Origin: a virus
Length of the DNA: 64,000 bases
IMG/VR virus record: IMGVR_UViG_3300042887_001883
Coordinates: 10,198 to 74,197 of that record
Reading direction: 5' to 3' (one strand)
Below the pieces are notes generated by a model. That model had not been told where the DNA came from. It made no database searches and saw only the letters and a program-made list of their open reading frames with translations. Each line of letters starts with the position of its first letter. Within the stretch, counting starts at the first letter, position 1. Positions 37,682 to 48,719 of this stretch are shown here, piece by piece. Both the position numbers and the translations under genes were made by a program.

Positions 37682-37710
37682 TAGCAATCCTCCCGAAGGG
37701 AGGATTGCTA
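37682..37710. terminator. Stem-loop after terL (no U tract); 3' arm doubles as the -35 box of the next promoter
   Basis: TAGCAATCCTCCC-GAA-GGGAGGATTGCTA. Confidence 0.65.
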
Positions 37711-37733
37711 AATGGTAGTAATAGTTTTATAAT
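37705..37733 (+). promoter_or_regulatory. sigma70-like promoter TTGCTA-N17-TATAAT
   Basis: Read directly; upstream of the 37779 ORF. Confidence 0.6.
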
Positions 37734-37778
37734 GTAACAGATTTTAATAATTTATGAATTTAATAATGGTAATTAATT

Positions 37779-39287
37779 ATGATAACAACCAAGAATTATG
37801 GGATGGTAGTTAATACATCCAAAGAAATTAAAATAACTGATATTTTTGATTTTAGTAAGAGTACGGAAAAATATTTAATAATCAATGCATGTAATCAAGA
37901 AAGTCCATCATATGGTTATTTTACTTATGGTGGGAATAAGGTCACACCTACTAATTTTCCTAATACCATTACCGGTAGCAGTATCATGTATACCTATAAT
38001 AATGGTACTTATTATAATGCAAAATATGGATATTTGAACAATTTAAAATTTCAAACTAGCAGTATGAAAAATAATTTAAGTGTATTAACTGTTGGTGTAT
38101 CCAATACATTTAATGTTTCATATGCTAACTCATTAGATTGGATGAATGTATATTTACATAGTTTAGATTTGACTGAATATAGTGCTTCTATAGCTACACA
38201 ACCAGATTATATCAACAATACTAAAAATATTGTGGATATTGCCAAATCATTTGTTGGTAAGACATGGAGTATGGATAATTATTGGTCATTGATGGATACG
38301 ATTGCTACCATTAATAAAACATCATTACCATTATGTAGCATAAATCCTAATGCTAATATGGTAGGGAATGGTGATTGGATGTTAAAATATAATGGAAATA
38401 AACCTGTAGGGGATTGGCATAATTTAATAAATGTTGGAGATATTGTATTTTTGAATAGTTCTAATTATTCTAGTGGTGCGGCGATATGTGTATCGGGTTC
38501 TGGTAAGAATGCAATGGTTATTAGTAATGTAGTAGGTAAGTATAATGTTATTGATAATAATACCATAACCATTATGGATTCTCATTTATTATCTACTGAA
38601 GATGTTTATAAGTATGCATCATCTGATATGGTTTATATATTTTCTTTAAAGACATATAAGTCTAACGTGAATACTGTTACTCCACCAGTTACTACGGTTT
38701 CATCATATCCTACGGATACTGTCAATACTGTTTATAAAGTTAATGGTGTTACTGTTAATCCACCAGAAGATTTAAAATTTGGTATTAATCAATTAGTATC
38801 GTATAAACTAACCAATATTTTTAGTCTTCCTAATACTGCTATTAAAATGACTATGGTTAATTTACCATCATGGTTGAAATATGATGGGTATTCATTAACT
38901 GGAAAATCACCATTAGTACCATCAGATAATAAAGTAACTATAAAAGGTGAATATAATGGGAACATTGTTTACGATTATATGAATATTGTCGTGGATAAAT
39001 CGGTATCATTAGATATTGTGGAAGTTCCCTGGGTAGCTGGCAAGAATAATACATTATCATTATTGAAGTATAATTATGATAAATTTTATATTACGGATAA
39101 TGATAAATTAGGATTGGTATGGTTAAGAATTGACCAGAATACCGGAACATTATCGGGTATCCCACCAGTTAAATTATTGGGTCAATCCATTAATGTTACT
39201 GCATATCAACAAAAGGTATCTTATGAACCAAAACATGATATTGATTCATTTATTATAGATATTGTGGGGGTTAATAATTTTTCATAA
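37779..39287 (+). CDS. Bacterial-type secreted/surface protein homologue: degenerate NlpC/P60-like domain + two putative-Ig (He_PIG) repeats
   Basis: IVDIAKSFVGKTW, VGDIVFL; LPSWLKYDGYSLTG and WLRIDQNTGTLSGIPP; C-terminal IDIVGV. Confidence 0.5.
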   Translation: MITTKNYGMVVNTSKEIKITDIFDFSKSTEKYLIINACNQESPSYGYFTYGGNKVTPTNFPNTITGSSIMYTYNNGTYYNAKYGYLNNLKFQTSSMKNNLSVLTVGVSNTFNVSYANSLDWMNVYLHSLDLTEYSASIATQPDYINNTKNIVDIAKSFVGKTWSMDNYWSLMDTIATINKTSLPLCSINPNANMVGNGDWMLKYNGNKPVGDWHNLINVGDIVFLNSSNYSSGAAICVSGSGKNAMVISNVVGKYNVIDNNTITIMDSHLLSTEDVYKYASSDMVYIFSLKTYKSNVNTVTPPVTTVSSYPTDTVNTVYKVNGVTVNPPEDLKFGINQLVSYKLTNIFSLPNTAIKMTMVNLPSWLKYDGYSLTGKSPLVPSDNKVTIKGEYNGNIVYDYMNIVVDKSVSLDIVEVPWVAGKNNTLSLLKYNYDKFYITDNDKLGLVWLRIDQNTGTLSGIPPVKLLGQSINVTAYQQKVSYEPKHDIDSFIIDIVGVNNFS

Positions 39288-39323
39288 ATATACAAAGTTA
39301 ACTAACCTATACTTTGTAGAAAT

Positions 39324-40670
39324 ATGACAGACCCTATACTTAATATTCAATTTACTGATAGTTCAGTAGCCAATAAGAATCCTATTGTAATATCGGCTAC
39401 TGAAACTAATACTTCAACATCATTAAGATTGCACGGAATTGGCTCATTAACATATGGAACCGATTTATGGGGCAATATGGTAAAACTATTAGAGAATTTT
39501 TGTTCTGATACAAGACCTAATAATGCCACAGAAGGGCAATTATGGTATAAACCATCAACTAAATCATTACAATTATATATTAGAGATAATAATTCTTATT
39601 TTTGGAAAAGTGTTCTTACCGAAGGTTCATCAGTTGGCTTAGTATCACAATCTGATTTAGATACTGAATTAACAAATTATCTCAATAAGACTTCGCCATC
39701 ATTGACACAGCCATTAACAATACCATCTGAATTTACTAACAATACATTAAATAGTCCTACCAGTAGTACTAATTCTAACTATGCTGTTACACGTAAATAT
39801 GTAGATGCTGCAGTTGCCAATAATACAGCCACCAGTTTACCATATATTGACAGAAGTTCAGATGCAAATGCTACTAATAGAACTATGTTGAAAGATTTAA
39901 TAATCCCATCAGAATTCAAAAACACATCATCGACAGAACTGGTTGCTGCTGACGCAGTAGGCAATTTTAATAATGCGGCAACACGTAGATATGTTATTGA
40001 AAAATCATCTGCTGCATTATCAGATGCTAAAAGTTATGTAGATGGTAAATTACCTACTGGTGATAACGTATATGATAAAACCAAAGTAGTAAAGGTAGAT
40101 GGTTCTAATGCTATGACCAGTCAATTGGTATTGCCTAGATACAATGGTTATACTACTGCTACAGTTATTAATGCAGGTGATGCTAGATTACATGCAGCAT
40201 CTCGTGAGTATGTTGAAGATAAAATTGCAAATAATAATTCAAATTTATCAACGGTTTTTACTAATAAAGGACAAGTATTTAATAATACCTATAGAATAGG
40301 ATATTTTAAAAATCCTACCTTTATGAATTCATTATTAACTCAATGGTTGACTTTGTACACTTCTACTGATAGTGGCATATTACAAAATTATGTTGCAAAT
40401 GCTGGTTGGGCAGTAGGGAAGCAATGGATGGTTAGTAATGATAACAATAATAAAATAATTAGAATAAAATTACCACAACCATATACTTCACTATTGCATT
40501 GTTCACTAACACTAGTTAATCCAACTGGTATTATTTTTGAATATTCTTTACAGTTTGTAGAATTAGAGATTGATATGCAAACCATAAAATGTGTAGTAAA
40601 TCATATTACTGGTGGTTCTACATCATTCCCAACAGATTGGGGTATTATGGTTTATACGGTAGGAGTTTAA
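39324..40670 (+). CDS. Fibre protein with shared module and AxTRxYV fibre repeats
   Basis: LRLHGIGSLTYG..LLENFC..EGQLWY; AVTRKYVD, AATRRYV, AASREYVE; CATAAATA at 39283-39290. Confidence 0.75.
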   Translation: MTDPILNIQFTDSSVANKNPIVISATETNTSTSLRLHGIGSLTYGTDLWGNMVKLLENFCSDTRPNNATEGQLWYKPSTKSLQLYIRDNNSYFWKSVLTEGSSVGLVSQSDLDTELTNYLNKTSPSLTQPLTIPSEFTNNTLNSPTSSTNSNYAVTRKYVDAAVANNTATSLPYIDRSSDANATNRTMLKDLIIPSEFKNTSSTELVAADAVGNFNNAATRRYVIEKSSAALSDAKSYVDGKLPTGDNVYDKTKVVKVDGSNAMTSQLVLPRYNGYTTATVINAGDARLHAASREYVEDKIANNNSNLSTVFTNKGQVFNNTYRIGYFKNPTFMNSLLTQWLTLYTSTDSGILQNYVANAGWAVGKQWMVSNDNNNKIIRIKLPQPYTSLLHCSLTLVNPTGIIFEYSLQFVELEIDMQTIKCVVNHITGGSTSFPTDWGIMVYTVGV

Positions 40671-40673
40671 TAA

Positions 40674-42518
40674 ATGGCTTTAAGAGATTATACGATAAAA
40701 TTTACAGATAGTGCAATATCTGGAAAAAATGATATATTAGTTGGTGAAAATACTGTTAATAATAGTAATACCTCATTAACATTATATGGATATGGTCACA
40801 AAAATTATGGTACTGGGTTATGGGAAAATATGCTCCATATTATGGAGAATTTTGCATCATCAACTGAGGCTCCAGCTCATCCTACTATTGGTCAATTATG
40901 GTACCATTCTGGTAAAAAATCATTATTAATATTTGTTGGTACTGATGATACGGCGGCCAGTAATGGTTGGAAGAATATTGTTTCCAATTATGATTTTAGT
41001 AATAATATTGGTGGTGAGGTTGTACAATATTTGACTAAAAGTGATTTGGTAGGATATTTAACATCAGATGTAACGCCTCAATTAACTGGTGATTTAGTAT
41101 TAAAGAATAATGATTCATGGTACACCACCGTTGCTGGGGTAGTAAGATTAAGCACTAGTGTTACTATTCCTGGTAATTATGCGGCATCAGTAAGATATGT
41201 AAATACTAAAGTAGATACTGTCGTTACTGATAAAATTACTACAGCTTTAGCAGCTAATCCGGCAACTACTGGTACTAATACCGTCACTGGTGCGGTGTCT
41301 GCTGATTCAATTTCTGTAGCATTAGCTAATTATGATACTACTGGTTCTCCAGTAGGTGCAAATCACCCATATATTAGAAGAGCTTCCACTAGTCCAGAAG
41401 AATCTCGGACAATGTACAATAGTTTAATATTGCCTGCTCAAACTACTGCGGTAGTAGCTGGTGATGATAATTTTGCGGCTACCAAAGGATATGTTCGTGC
41501 AGTTTTGACGGCTGGTTTAATTACTAATACTGCTACGTCTACTATTACTGGGAGTTCCGGTACTGACACTATAACCGGCGCATCAACTAAAGATGTAATA
41601 GGTACACCAAGTTATTTACCATTAGCTGGTGGGACATTAAATGGTAAACTATATTTGGCATCTGATGAAACTGGATATTCTGATACTAATAAAAACAGAG
41701 CCGCAACCAGGGCATATGTAGATTATAAATTTGGTTTAGTTGAAACTACTACTGCTAGTGACACCATAACATCTGTTACCTCTAGTGACACCATAACATC
41801 TGTTACCGCTACCGATATTATTTCATCACCTGATAAAACGTTCACCGATGGTGAAAAATTAAATAATAAAGATAGAGAATTGATATCATATACTAAATTC
41901 CCAGATGGTACATTAATGGTATACGGATTTTATAGAAATTTTGGTGTTTCATATAAAGACGATGGACGATGGGCATCATCATTATCAAAAATAACATTTC
42001 CAGATGGTATTAAATTTACAAATAATTATTATTCTGTTTCTATTACTGAAGAAGTACCCACCGTTACATTGAGTCCAACTGTTCCTAGTGGTAAACCTGC
42101 AGTAGCACCATTCACATATAAATCATGTGATAATGTACGTAGAAGTGGGTTATGGAAAGATTTTAGTATAAAGTATCCAGGATTCTATAAATTTAGAGGT
42201 AGTGAGATTTTAAATAAAGAATCAGATTTAAAACTTACATATATTCCGTCAAAATATAACCAACCAGTATCTGAAAATTATAATGTTGCGAATACCTCTT
42301 TATGGAATGCGCATTGGACTGAAATGAGCAAAGTAACAACTGGTAATGATTTTACTGGTATAGCACCAACGACATTTAGTGTATTCGAAAAAGAAACTGA
42401 TGGTTTTAGATTATCTGCATATAATGATAATGGTGGTGGCTCTGGTGCCGGTTTGACATATCTATTTTGGCGTAATTTTATTGCCTGTAACTTCACAGCT
42501 ATTGGACGGTGGAAATAA
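40674..42518 (+). CDS. Fibre protein with shared module, AATxxYV repeats and gp53-like C-terminal domain with insert
   Basis: LTLYGYGHKNYG..IMENF..GQLWY; YTKFPDGTLMVYG..FTAIGRWK. Confidence 0.75.
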   Translation: MALRDYTIKFTDSAISGKNDILVGENTVNNSNTSLTLYGYGHKNYGTGLWENMLHIMENFASSTEAPAHPTIGQLWYHSGKKSLLIFVGTDDTAASNGWKNIVSNYDFSNNIGGEVVQYLTKSDLVGYLTSDVTPQLTGDLVLKNNDSWYTTVAGVVRLSTSVTIPGNYAASVRYVNTKVDTVVTDKITTALAANPATTGTNTVTGAVSADSISVALANYDTTGSPVGANHPYIRRASTSPEESRTMYNSLILPAQTTAVVAGDDNFAATKGYVRAVLTAGLITNTATSTITGSSGTDTITGASTKDVIGTPSYLPLAGGTLNGKLYLASDETGYSDTNKNRAATRAYVDYKFGLVETTTASDTITSVTSSDTITSVTATDIISSPDKTFTDGEKLNNKDRELISYTKFPDGTLMVYGFYRNFGVSYKDDGRWASSLSKITFPDGIKFTNNYYSVSITEEVPTVTLSPTVPSGKPAVAPFTYKSCDNVRRSGLWKDFSIKYPGFYKFRGSEILNKESDLKLTYIPSKYNQPVSENYNVANTSLWNAHWTEMSKVTTGNDFTGIAPTTFSVFEKETDGFRLSAYNDNGGGSGAGLTYLFWRNFIACNFTAIGRWK

Positions 42519-43174
42519 TGGAAATTACACTGTCGGATACATCAAAAAGTACATATGATATTACTTCATTATTTGATATGAATAATATCTACCAAGATGA
42601 TTATAGTTTCAATTATCCATTTTGGCAAAACATTGTACAGTTAACAGAAAATTATTGTAATTATAATTTCCCATATCCCTCATTAGAAGGACAATTATGG
42701 TATAATTCCGATAATAAAACCTTAAATATTGCACCAGAAAATAATGCATCATCATGGAATCAAGTTGTTGCGGCTGATGGTACGTCTACTAAAAATTATT
42801 TAAATGTATATAGTTCAAATGTAATAGGCTCATTAACATTAGTTGATGATATTCCAGGAACTACCATTTATGATGGTTTTAGTAAGAATAGTGACCATGC
42901 GGTTACTAAAAAATATGTTGATAATTTCCATGGTGGAATTATTTCTGGAAGTAATGATTATTGCAACTGGCAAATATATCCTAACAATTATGTCATAATT
43001 CAAGGATTGAATAGTGGAAATATTAGTATACCTGTTGTTATGAAAGATACTAATTATGTCGTAGTTACTACCAACAATACAAATTCTAATAAACTCTATT
43101 CTATCACGAATAAAACAACATCATCATTTACTGTTGATGGTAATGCTTGGATATTGTTAGGGTGGACAAAATGA
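42518..43174 (+). CDS. Short fibre protein (degenerate shared module + gp53-like tip)
   Basis: LTENYC..EGQLWY; AVTKKYVD; WQIYPNNYVIIQG; start reset to 42518. Confidence 0.7.
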   Translation: MEITLSDTSKSTYDITSLFDMNNIYQDDYSFNYPFWQNIVQLTENYCNYNFPYPSLEGQLWYNSDNKTLNIAPENNASSWNQVVAADGTSTKNYLNVYSSNVIGSLTLVDDIPGTTIYDGFSKNSDHAVTKKYVDNFHGGIISGSNDYCNWQIYPNNYVIIQGLNSGNISIPVVMKDTNYVVVTTNNTNSNKLYSITNKTTSSFTVDGNAWILLGWTK

Positions 43175-43854
43175 AATATATTTTAAAACATGCAGATGGT
43201 AGACAATTAATACTTACTAGTGGAATAGTAAACGAAGATACTTCACTATCATTGTTTGTCTTTAGTAATACTGAAGTTGGTAAACTATTCTTTACCGATT
43301 TAGCACACATGGTGGAAAATTTCTCCGGTCCATATTCACCATATAAACCTACTAAGGGTCAAATATGGTACGATAACAAAGAAAAACTATTGAAGTTTTT
43401 TAATGGTACCATATGGAAAGAATTTAATCCAGCTATTCCTAATGTATCACAATATGTAACCTCTGGTGATACCATGACTGGTATTTTAAAATTACCTGAC
43501 CTTACAACAACTACTAATTATAAATTAGCTGCTAATAGAAGTTATGTTGATTCTAAAAAATATAAATTTTCGGCAGAACTGAATAGAAGTATATCATATA
43601 TTAAATATGACACCGGTTATACAATAATGCATGGTTTAATATATCCAGAAGCAGGGGCATTAACAGCATCTATATCATTTCCTCTGTCTATGGCAAATAC
43701 CAATTATGCAATTATATTATCATTAAATAGTACCGGAGGAGAATCTTCAGTATTAAATTATAATTCATATGCTAAAACAATTAATGGATTTAAAGTTATT
43801 GTAGATAATACATATGATTCATTGGCATTTGTCGTTATGGGATTTTCATCATGA
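43171..43854 (+). CDS. Short fibre protein (shared module + gp53-like tip)
   Basis: MVENFS..KGQIWYD; AANRSYVD; YIKYDTGYTIMHG; start reset to 43171. Confidence 0.7.
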   Translation: MKYILKHADGRQLILTSGIVNEDTSLSLFVFSNTEVGKLFFTDLAHMVENFSGPYSPYKPTKGQIWYDNKEKLLKFFNGTIWKEFNPAIPNVSQYVTSGDTMTGILKLPDLTTTTNYKLAANRSYVDSKKYKFSAELNRSISYIKYDTGYTIMHGLIYPEAGALTASISFPLSMANTNYAIILSLNSTGGESSVLNYNSYAKTINGFKVIVDNTYDSLAFVVMGFSS

Positions 43855-44576
43855 GTTATACTAAAGTAGATTTTTCAAATATATCAAAACCTCCATTATT
43901 TTTAATGGATGGTGAATATAATTTTAATACCTGTTTAACATTATTTGGTAAAAATGTGTCTAATTTTGGACCATCATTTTGGACAAATATTTTAAGAAAA
44001 TTAGAAAACTATTCTAATGCTACTGCACCTGAAAATGCATTAGAGGGTCAATTATGGTACGATAGTCAAAATGGTGTTATGAAAATTAACACTGGTAAAA
44101 ATTATGATACTCCTAATTGGGTAGCAGTTTCTCATGAAGCAGTATCCATTGATGGTTTATTATCAAAATCTGGTGGAACGTTAAATAACTCATTAGAAAT
44201 ATCTAATGATGTTAAAGATGATAATCATGCGGCAACCGTAGATTATGTTAATAATAATTCATCAACGTCATTTACTGGTTCAAATGCCAAATATCAATAC
44301 AACGTAACCGCATTTAATAATTTTATTACTCTTAATGGGGTTGCTAAAAGTGAAGATATGGTGAGTGGCAAAATTGTGATAATGTTACCTAAAGTTATGA
44401 GTAATGATAGTTATACTGTTACCTTATCATCATCAACATCTGCAAATACCGCAACCACCCACAAATACTACTATTATGTTACTGATAAAAAAGTAAATTC
44501 TTTTACTATTGTATTAGATAAAACATTAACCGATACTACCGAAATAGATTTTTGTGTAATTGGTTTCTGCCAATGA
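43851..44576 (+). CDS. Short fibre protein (shared module + gp53-like tip)
   Basis: LTLFGKNVSNFG..LENYS..EGQLWYD; AATVDYVN. Confidence 0.7.
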   Translation: MSYTKVDFSNISKPPLFLMDGEYNFNTCLTLFGKNVSNFGPSFWTNILRKLENYSNATAPENALEGQLWYDSQNGVMKINTGKNYDTPNWVAVSHEAVSIDGLLSKSGGTLNNSLEISNDVKDDNHAATVDYVNNNSSTSFTGSNAKYQYNVTAFNNFITLNGVAKSEDMVSGKIVIMLPKVMSNDSYTVTLSSSTSANTATTHKYYYYVTDKKVNSFTIVLDKTLTDTTEIDFCVIGFCQ

Positions 44577-44611
44577 TAAATATAGATTTCAGTTAACATT
44601 ATAGAAAAACT

Positions 44612-46294
44612 ATGACATATACTATTACATTTTCTGACACATCCAAAACATCATTTACTATCGAAGAATTAAAAAAAGATGGACCAGGTAGTTTAGATGG
44701 TACCCATACCGATTTAGTATTTTATGGTAAAGGAAATTCTGATTATGGTGAGGATTTATGGAATAATCTAATACATATGTTAGAGAATTTTAGTAGTGCT
44801 GGTCCAGGCCCTAATAATCCAATTGAAGGTCAATTATGGTATAATAATGTTGATAGATTATTATCAATATATAAAGCAGTAGCTCCTGCGACAAATCCAA
44901 AAACCTATGCATGGTCTGTTATATTAGATGCTAATTCATTATCTAATCCTACCGTTATTAATTCCATTATTTCAGGTTTGACCGCAGCATTATCTGACCC
45001 TACTAATACAGCAACTAGTTCATTGTTGACGGCATTGGGTGATTCATATATTAAAACTACTGGTGGAACATTAACCGGACCTTTAAATATTCATCCATAT
45101 AATACTGATGCTACTAATGACCCATTACAAAATGATAAATTAGCTGTATCTGTATCCTATTTAAAAAGTTATGTTGCTAATAAATTGAATACTTTAGATT
45201 TATCAACATTAATCGGTTTTGATATTCCTCCATTTGATGCAACCTTAGATGCTGGTTATGGTGGTTATTATTTAAAAAAAGTATTAGATGCTACCTATGT
45301 TGACGGGACTGCGGCCAGTGCCCAAATATCACAATCCAATATTATATTACCAACATATAACACAGATGTCCAAAATCCTAAATTTGCAGCATCAAGAGAA
45401 TATGTAGATGCTAAAATTTTAGAATTTTCTAAAACATTTGTGAAAAAAATCATATGGACAGATACTCTAAACCTCGCAAATGGTTTAATCACCGGAACAT
45501 TAACGGCATCATTACCAACTGGTTTTAACTATATTGCTATACCATCTGTGACGATGACACCATCATTATCAGATGCAACATTGCATGTTAATTCTAATGC
45601 TACCAATAATACAATAACTATCTCATATTCTGGTACTACTAGTGCTACTAGAGTATTATCGAAAATTAGTATTGCTAGTTCACAAATAACTGGGGTAGCA
45701 GGTTATATAGATTCGGATTCCTTAGTTTATAATATTAATATTGTATCATCTACCATTCCAGCTACAACTACTACTCGTGCTCCAACTACTACCACAACAG
45801 TAGCAGGTTCTACTACCACTACCACGGCAGTAGCTACTAGTACAACAACTGCAGTACCTACTAGTACAACTACCATAGCACCAACTACATCAACAACGGC
45901 TGTCCCAACACCTACCTTATTTGAGGGTGGATATTGGTTTGGGCAAGATGCAACATATAATTATTATGTTTCCCCCAATAGTTCAGAATCAGGAAGAATC
46001 ACGTATTCTGCTGCAGTTACTCATTGTGATAATTTGGCGGTCTCCGGCAATGCATTATATAAATGGGTAATTCCGTCAGTAGCTGAATTTACCATGTTAT
46101 ACAATTATAAAAATAATTTAGCTAGTGTGGTTTCCTTCCCTCTAGTATATTGGACTACAGATACTGATTCAAATAATTATTGGAAAAAAATATTTAGTAT
46201 GGCTGATGGCTCAACAACGTTTTTTAATCCTACCAATGGTGTTGCGGATAGTAATACAATGTGGACAAGACCTATAAGAAAGGTGCCTAAATAA
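44612..46294 (+). CDS. Fibre protein with Thr linker and DUF1566/Lcl-like C-type-lectin tip
   Basis: Shared module; FEGGYWFG..HCDNL..WVIPSVAEF..YWT..TRPIRK; GATAAATA at 44575-44582. Confidence 0.72.
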   Translation: MTYTITFSDTSKTSFTIEELKKDGPGSLDGTHTDLVFYGKGNSDYGEDLWNNLIHMLENFSSAGPGPNNPIEGQLWYNNVDRLLSIYKAVAPATNPKTYAWSVILDANSLSNPTVINSIISGLTAALSDPTNTATSSLLTALGDSYIKTTGGTLTGPLNIHPYNTDATNDPLQNDKLAVSVSYLKSYVANKLNTLDLSTLIGFDIPPFDATLDAGYGGYYLKKVLDATYVDGTAASAQISQSNIILPTYNTDVQNPKFAASREYVDAKILEFSKTFVKKIIWTDTLNLANGLITGTLTASLPTGFNYIAIPSVTMTPSLSDATLHVNSNATNNTITISYSGTTSATRVLSKISIASSQITGVAGYIDSDSLVYNINIVSSTIPATTTTRAPTTTTTVAGSTTTTTAVATSTTTAVPTSTTTIAPTTSTTAVPTPTLFEGGYWFGQDATYNYYVSPNSSESGRITYSAAVTHCDNLAVSGNALYKWVIPSVAEFTMLYNYKNNLASVVSFPLVYWTTDTDSNNYWKKIFSMADGSTTFFNPTNGVADSNTMWTRPIRKVPK

Positions 46295-46325
46295 TTATCA
46301 TGCCTAATTATTCAACTATTCAATC

Positions 46326-48719
46326 ATGACAAAAAAAACATATTATATTAATTATACAGATGGTTTAAACAAACCATCTTTTAATATCCCTTTCGATGAG
46401 GTTGATAATAGTACATCATTGGTATTATATGGACAAGGTAGAAAAGAATATGCACAAGGCTTGTGGAATAATCTACTACATTTATTAGAGAATTTTGCTA
46501 ATGGTAGTCCTAATTATACTGGACCAGATAATCCTACCGAAGGTCAATTATGGTACGATAGTTTTAATAAAATATTAAAAATATATAAAAAAGTAAACAA
46601 ATCTCCATTAACTTTAGATATTGCAACACCAGAAAATACCAATGTATCTACTAAAGATGAGTATATTTGGGTGGAAATTGTTGATATTGAATACCTAGAA
46701 GCCATGTTTGGTTTAGATGGTATGGATGGTCTAATCGGAAAATTGGTTGAATTATTAAAAGATAATAACCAATTATTAGATGCTTTAACATTATATTATG
46801 TTCCTTTTACTGGAGCACAATTATCAGGACAATTATATCTATCGAATGACCCATATGTAAAATATGATAATCCACCGGAATTATATGAAGCATTTTCAGT
46901 AGGATATTTAAAAAGTTACTTAGATTATTTTGCAAAAACATACAAACCAGAAGAAGGATACTTTGATATTTTTGGAAATTCTTCTAGGGAAGATGATTCT
47001 GTTGGTACCTATGTTCCATTAAATTTAACCAGTGCTAAAACAGTTTCTGGTAATAAAATAACTATTGACAATACCGTATCATTTGATAATAGTTTAGTCG
47101 TTCCTTCAGCCGTTAATGATACTGATTTAGTTAAACGGTTAGATTATGATACTTCATTATCAACAGCATCGATTGTATCTAAAATCAAAGGTAATGAGGA
47201 TTTCAAAAAATTAGTAACTGATGCAGTAACTACAGAATTGGTAAAACCTGAAAATACAACTGTGGTATTAACACCAACACCTGCAGTATTATCATCTTAT
47301 TGTGTAGTTAATTCTAATCAACTATCTGGTAATGATACTACTCCCCATACAGTACTATCACAAACAGTTAAACCCCATTCCATCAATTCTAAATTCTTAA
47401 TTACAATATCCTTAGTATTATCTAATGGGAGTAAAGCTGGCCAAGCTGTTGCCGGTCTTTATAAAAATAATACTGCACTAGTAGATAAATTTGCAATAGT
47501 AGAGAAAACTGACAATGATGCATTTCCAACATTTTATACATTTGTTGATTCGGCTACTGGTACCGGTGATATGACATATGATATAAAAGTTAATGGTACT
47601 AAAAGTGGAACAGATATTTGGTTAGTTAATCAATCTGCAAATAAGAAGAATTTTGTAACTTCTACCATGACAATTTTAGAATTTAATCAAGTATCTCAAC
47701 CATCATTATTCTGGACGGTTGTAACTGATTTTACTGAAATATCGGCAAATAATAATGTATTCTCTGGAACTATAAAATTATCTTGCTCTAATTGTATCAT
47801 TAATAATAATTTCGTATTTGGTTCTAACGTTGGTAATATTTTTAAAATTGAATCCATTGGGACAAATACTGTAACTGATGTAGTTGCCCTAAAAACATCT
47901 AGTACCGATACAGAGATAACATTTGATGTTAGTGGAAAATTATCACCTAGTAATGGTAATGTTGTCTGTGCATTTACCGTTAATAGTAATATTTTTACAC
48001 TCCCACCAGATTATCCAACAATTTTAAATAGTTTTAAACATATTGATATTCAATGTGTGGATACTGTTACTTCTACTACAACTGCGGCGGGAACCACAAC
48101 TACGCAAGCTCCTACAACCACTACTACGGTGGCCGGTAATACCACTAGTACAACAACGGCGGCTCCTACCACAACATCAACTACTAAAGCCCCAACCACC
48201 ACGACAACAACGTTATATTCCCCCAAAATCGGGGAAGAATTCAAGGGTGGATTCTATTTAGGTGATATTACCGATAATGGGGTTAAATATAGACTTATCG
48301 TGGCTAATAAATCTGTAGGTAGTGGTCTAGCTAAATGGCGAGGTTTTACTGTAAGTAATACTAAGATGGGGGTTACATCATTAACTGATGGTCCCGGAAA
48401 TACCGCAATATTAATAGCATCGCCAGGTCATATAGCTGCTGAATTCTGTGCTAATTTATCACTTAATGGATATACCGATTGGTATTTGCCAGCACATGAT
48501 GAATTAAAAGTAATGTATACCAATCGTACTGCTACACCATTTGCAACCAATAATGGTTTTGCAAGTATTCTTAGGTCTATCCATTGGTCATCATCAGAGG
48601 ATAGTAACGGAGCTGCGTGGGAAGTTCATCTTTTATCTAATGAAGCACATACCGACAATCCAGAAACCACCGAATTTAATGTTCGAGCGGTAAGAAGAGA
48701 ACCATATAATGTCTTATAA
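46326..48719 (+). CDS. Fibre protein with DUF1566/Lcl-like tip
   Basis: Shared module; IGEEFKGGFYLG..FCANL..DWYLPAHDEL..HWSSSE..VRAVRR. Confidence 0.78.
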   Translation: MTKKTYYINYTDGLNKPSFNIPFDEVDNSTSLVLYGQGRKEYAQGLWNNLLHLLENFANGSPNYTGPDNPTEGQLWYDSFNKILKIYKKVNKSPLTLDIATPENTNVSTKDEYIWVEIVDIEYLEAMFGLDGMDGLIGKLVELLKDNNQLLDALTLYYVPFTGAQLSGQLYLSNDPYVKYDNPPELYEAFSVGYLKSYLDYFAKTYKPEEGYFDIFGNSSREDDSVGTYVPLNLTSAKTVSGNKITIDNTVSFDNSLVVPSAVNDTDLVKRLDYDTSLSTASIVSKIKGNEDFKKLVTDAVTTELVKPENTTVVLTPTPAVLSSYCVVNSNQLSGNDTTPHTVLSQTVKPHSINSKFLITISLVLSNGSKAGQAVAGLYKNNTALVDKFAIVEKTDNDAFPTFYTFVDSATGTGDMTYDIKVNGTKSGTDIWLVNQSANKKNFVTSTMTILEFNQVSQPSLFWTVVTDFTEISANNNVFSGTIKLSCSNCIINNNFVFGSNVGNIFKIESIGTNTVTDVVALKTSSTDTEITFDVSGKLSPSNGNVVCAFTVNSNIFTLPPDYPTILNSFKHIDIQCVDTVTSTTTAAGTTTTQAPTTTTTVAGNTTSTTTAAPTTTSTTKAPTTTTTTLYSPKIGEEFKGGFYLGDITDNGVKYRLIVANKSVGSGLAKWRGFTVSNTKMGVTSLTDGPGNTAILIASPGHIAAEFCANLSLNGYTDWYLPAHDELKVMYTNRTATPFATNNGFASILRSIHWSSSEDSNGAAWEVHLLSNEAHTDNPETTEFNVRAVRREPYNVL

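Noticed and set aside
34303-37710. Shared CCTCCC..GAAGGGAGG hairpins as ends of a mobile element
   Set aside because: Same style as other terminators in the window (e.g. 14361), and they flank an essential gene
40668-40676. Readthrough between in-frame ORFs 39324 and 40674
   Set aside because: Two consecutive TAA codons, and each ORF has its own N-terminal module
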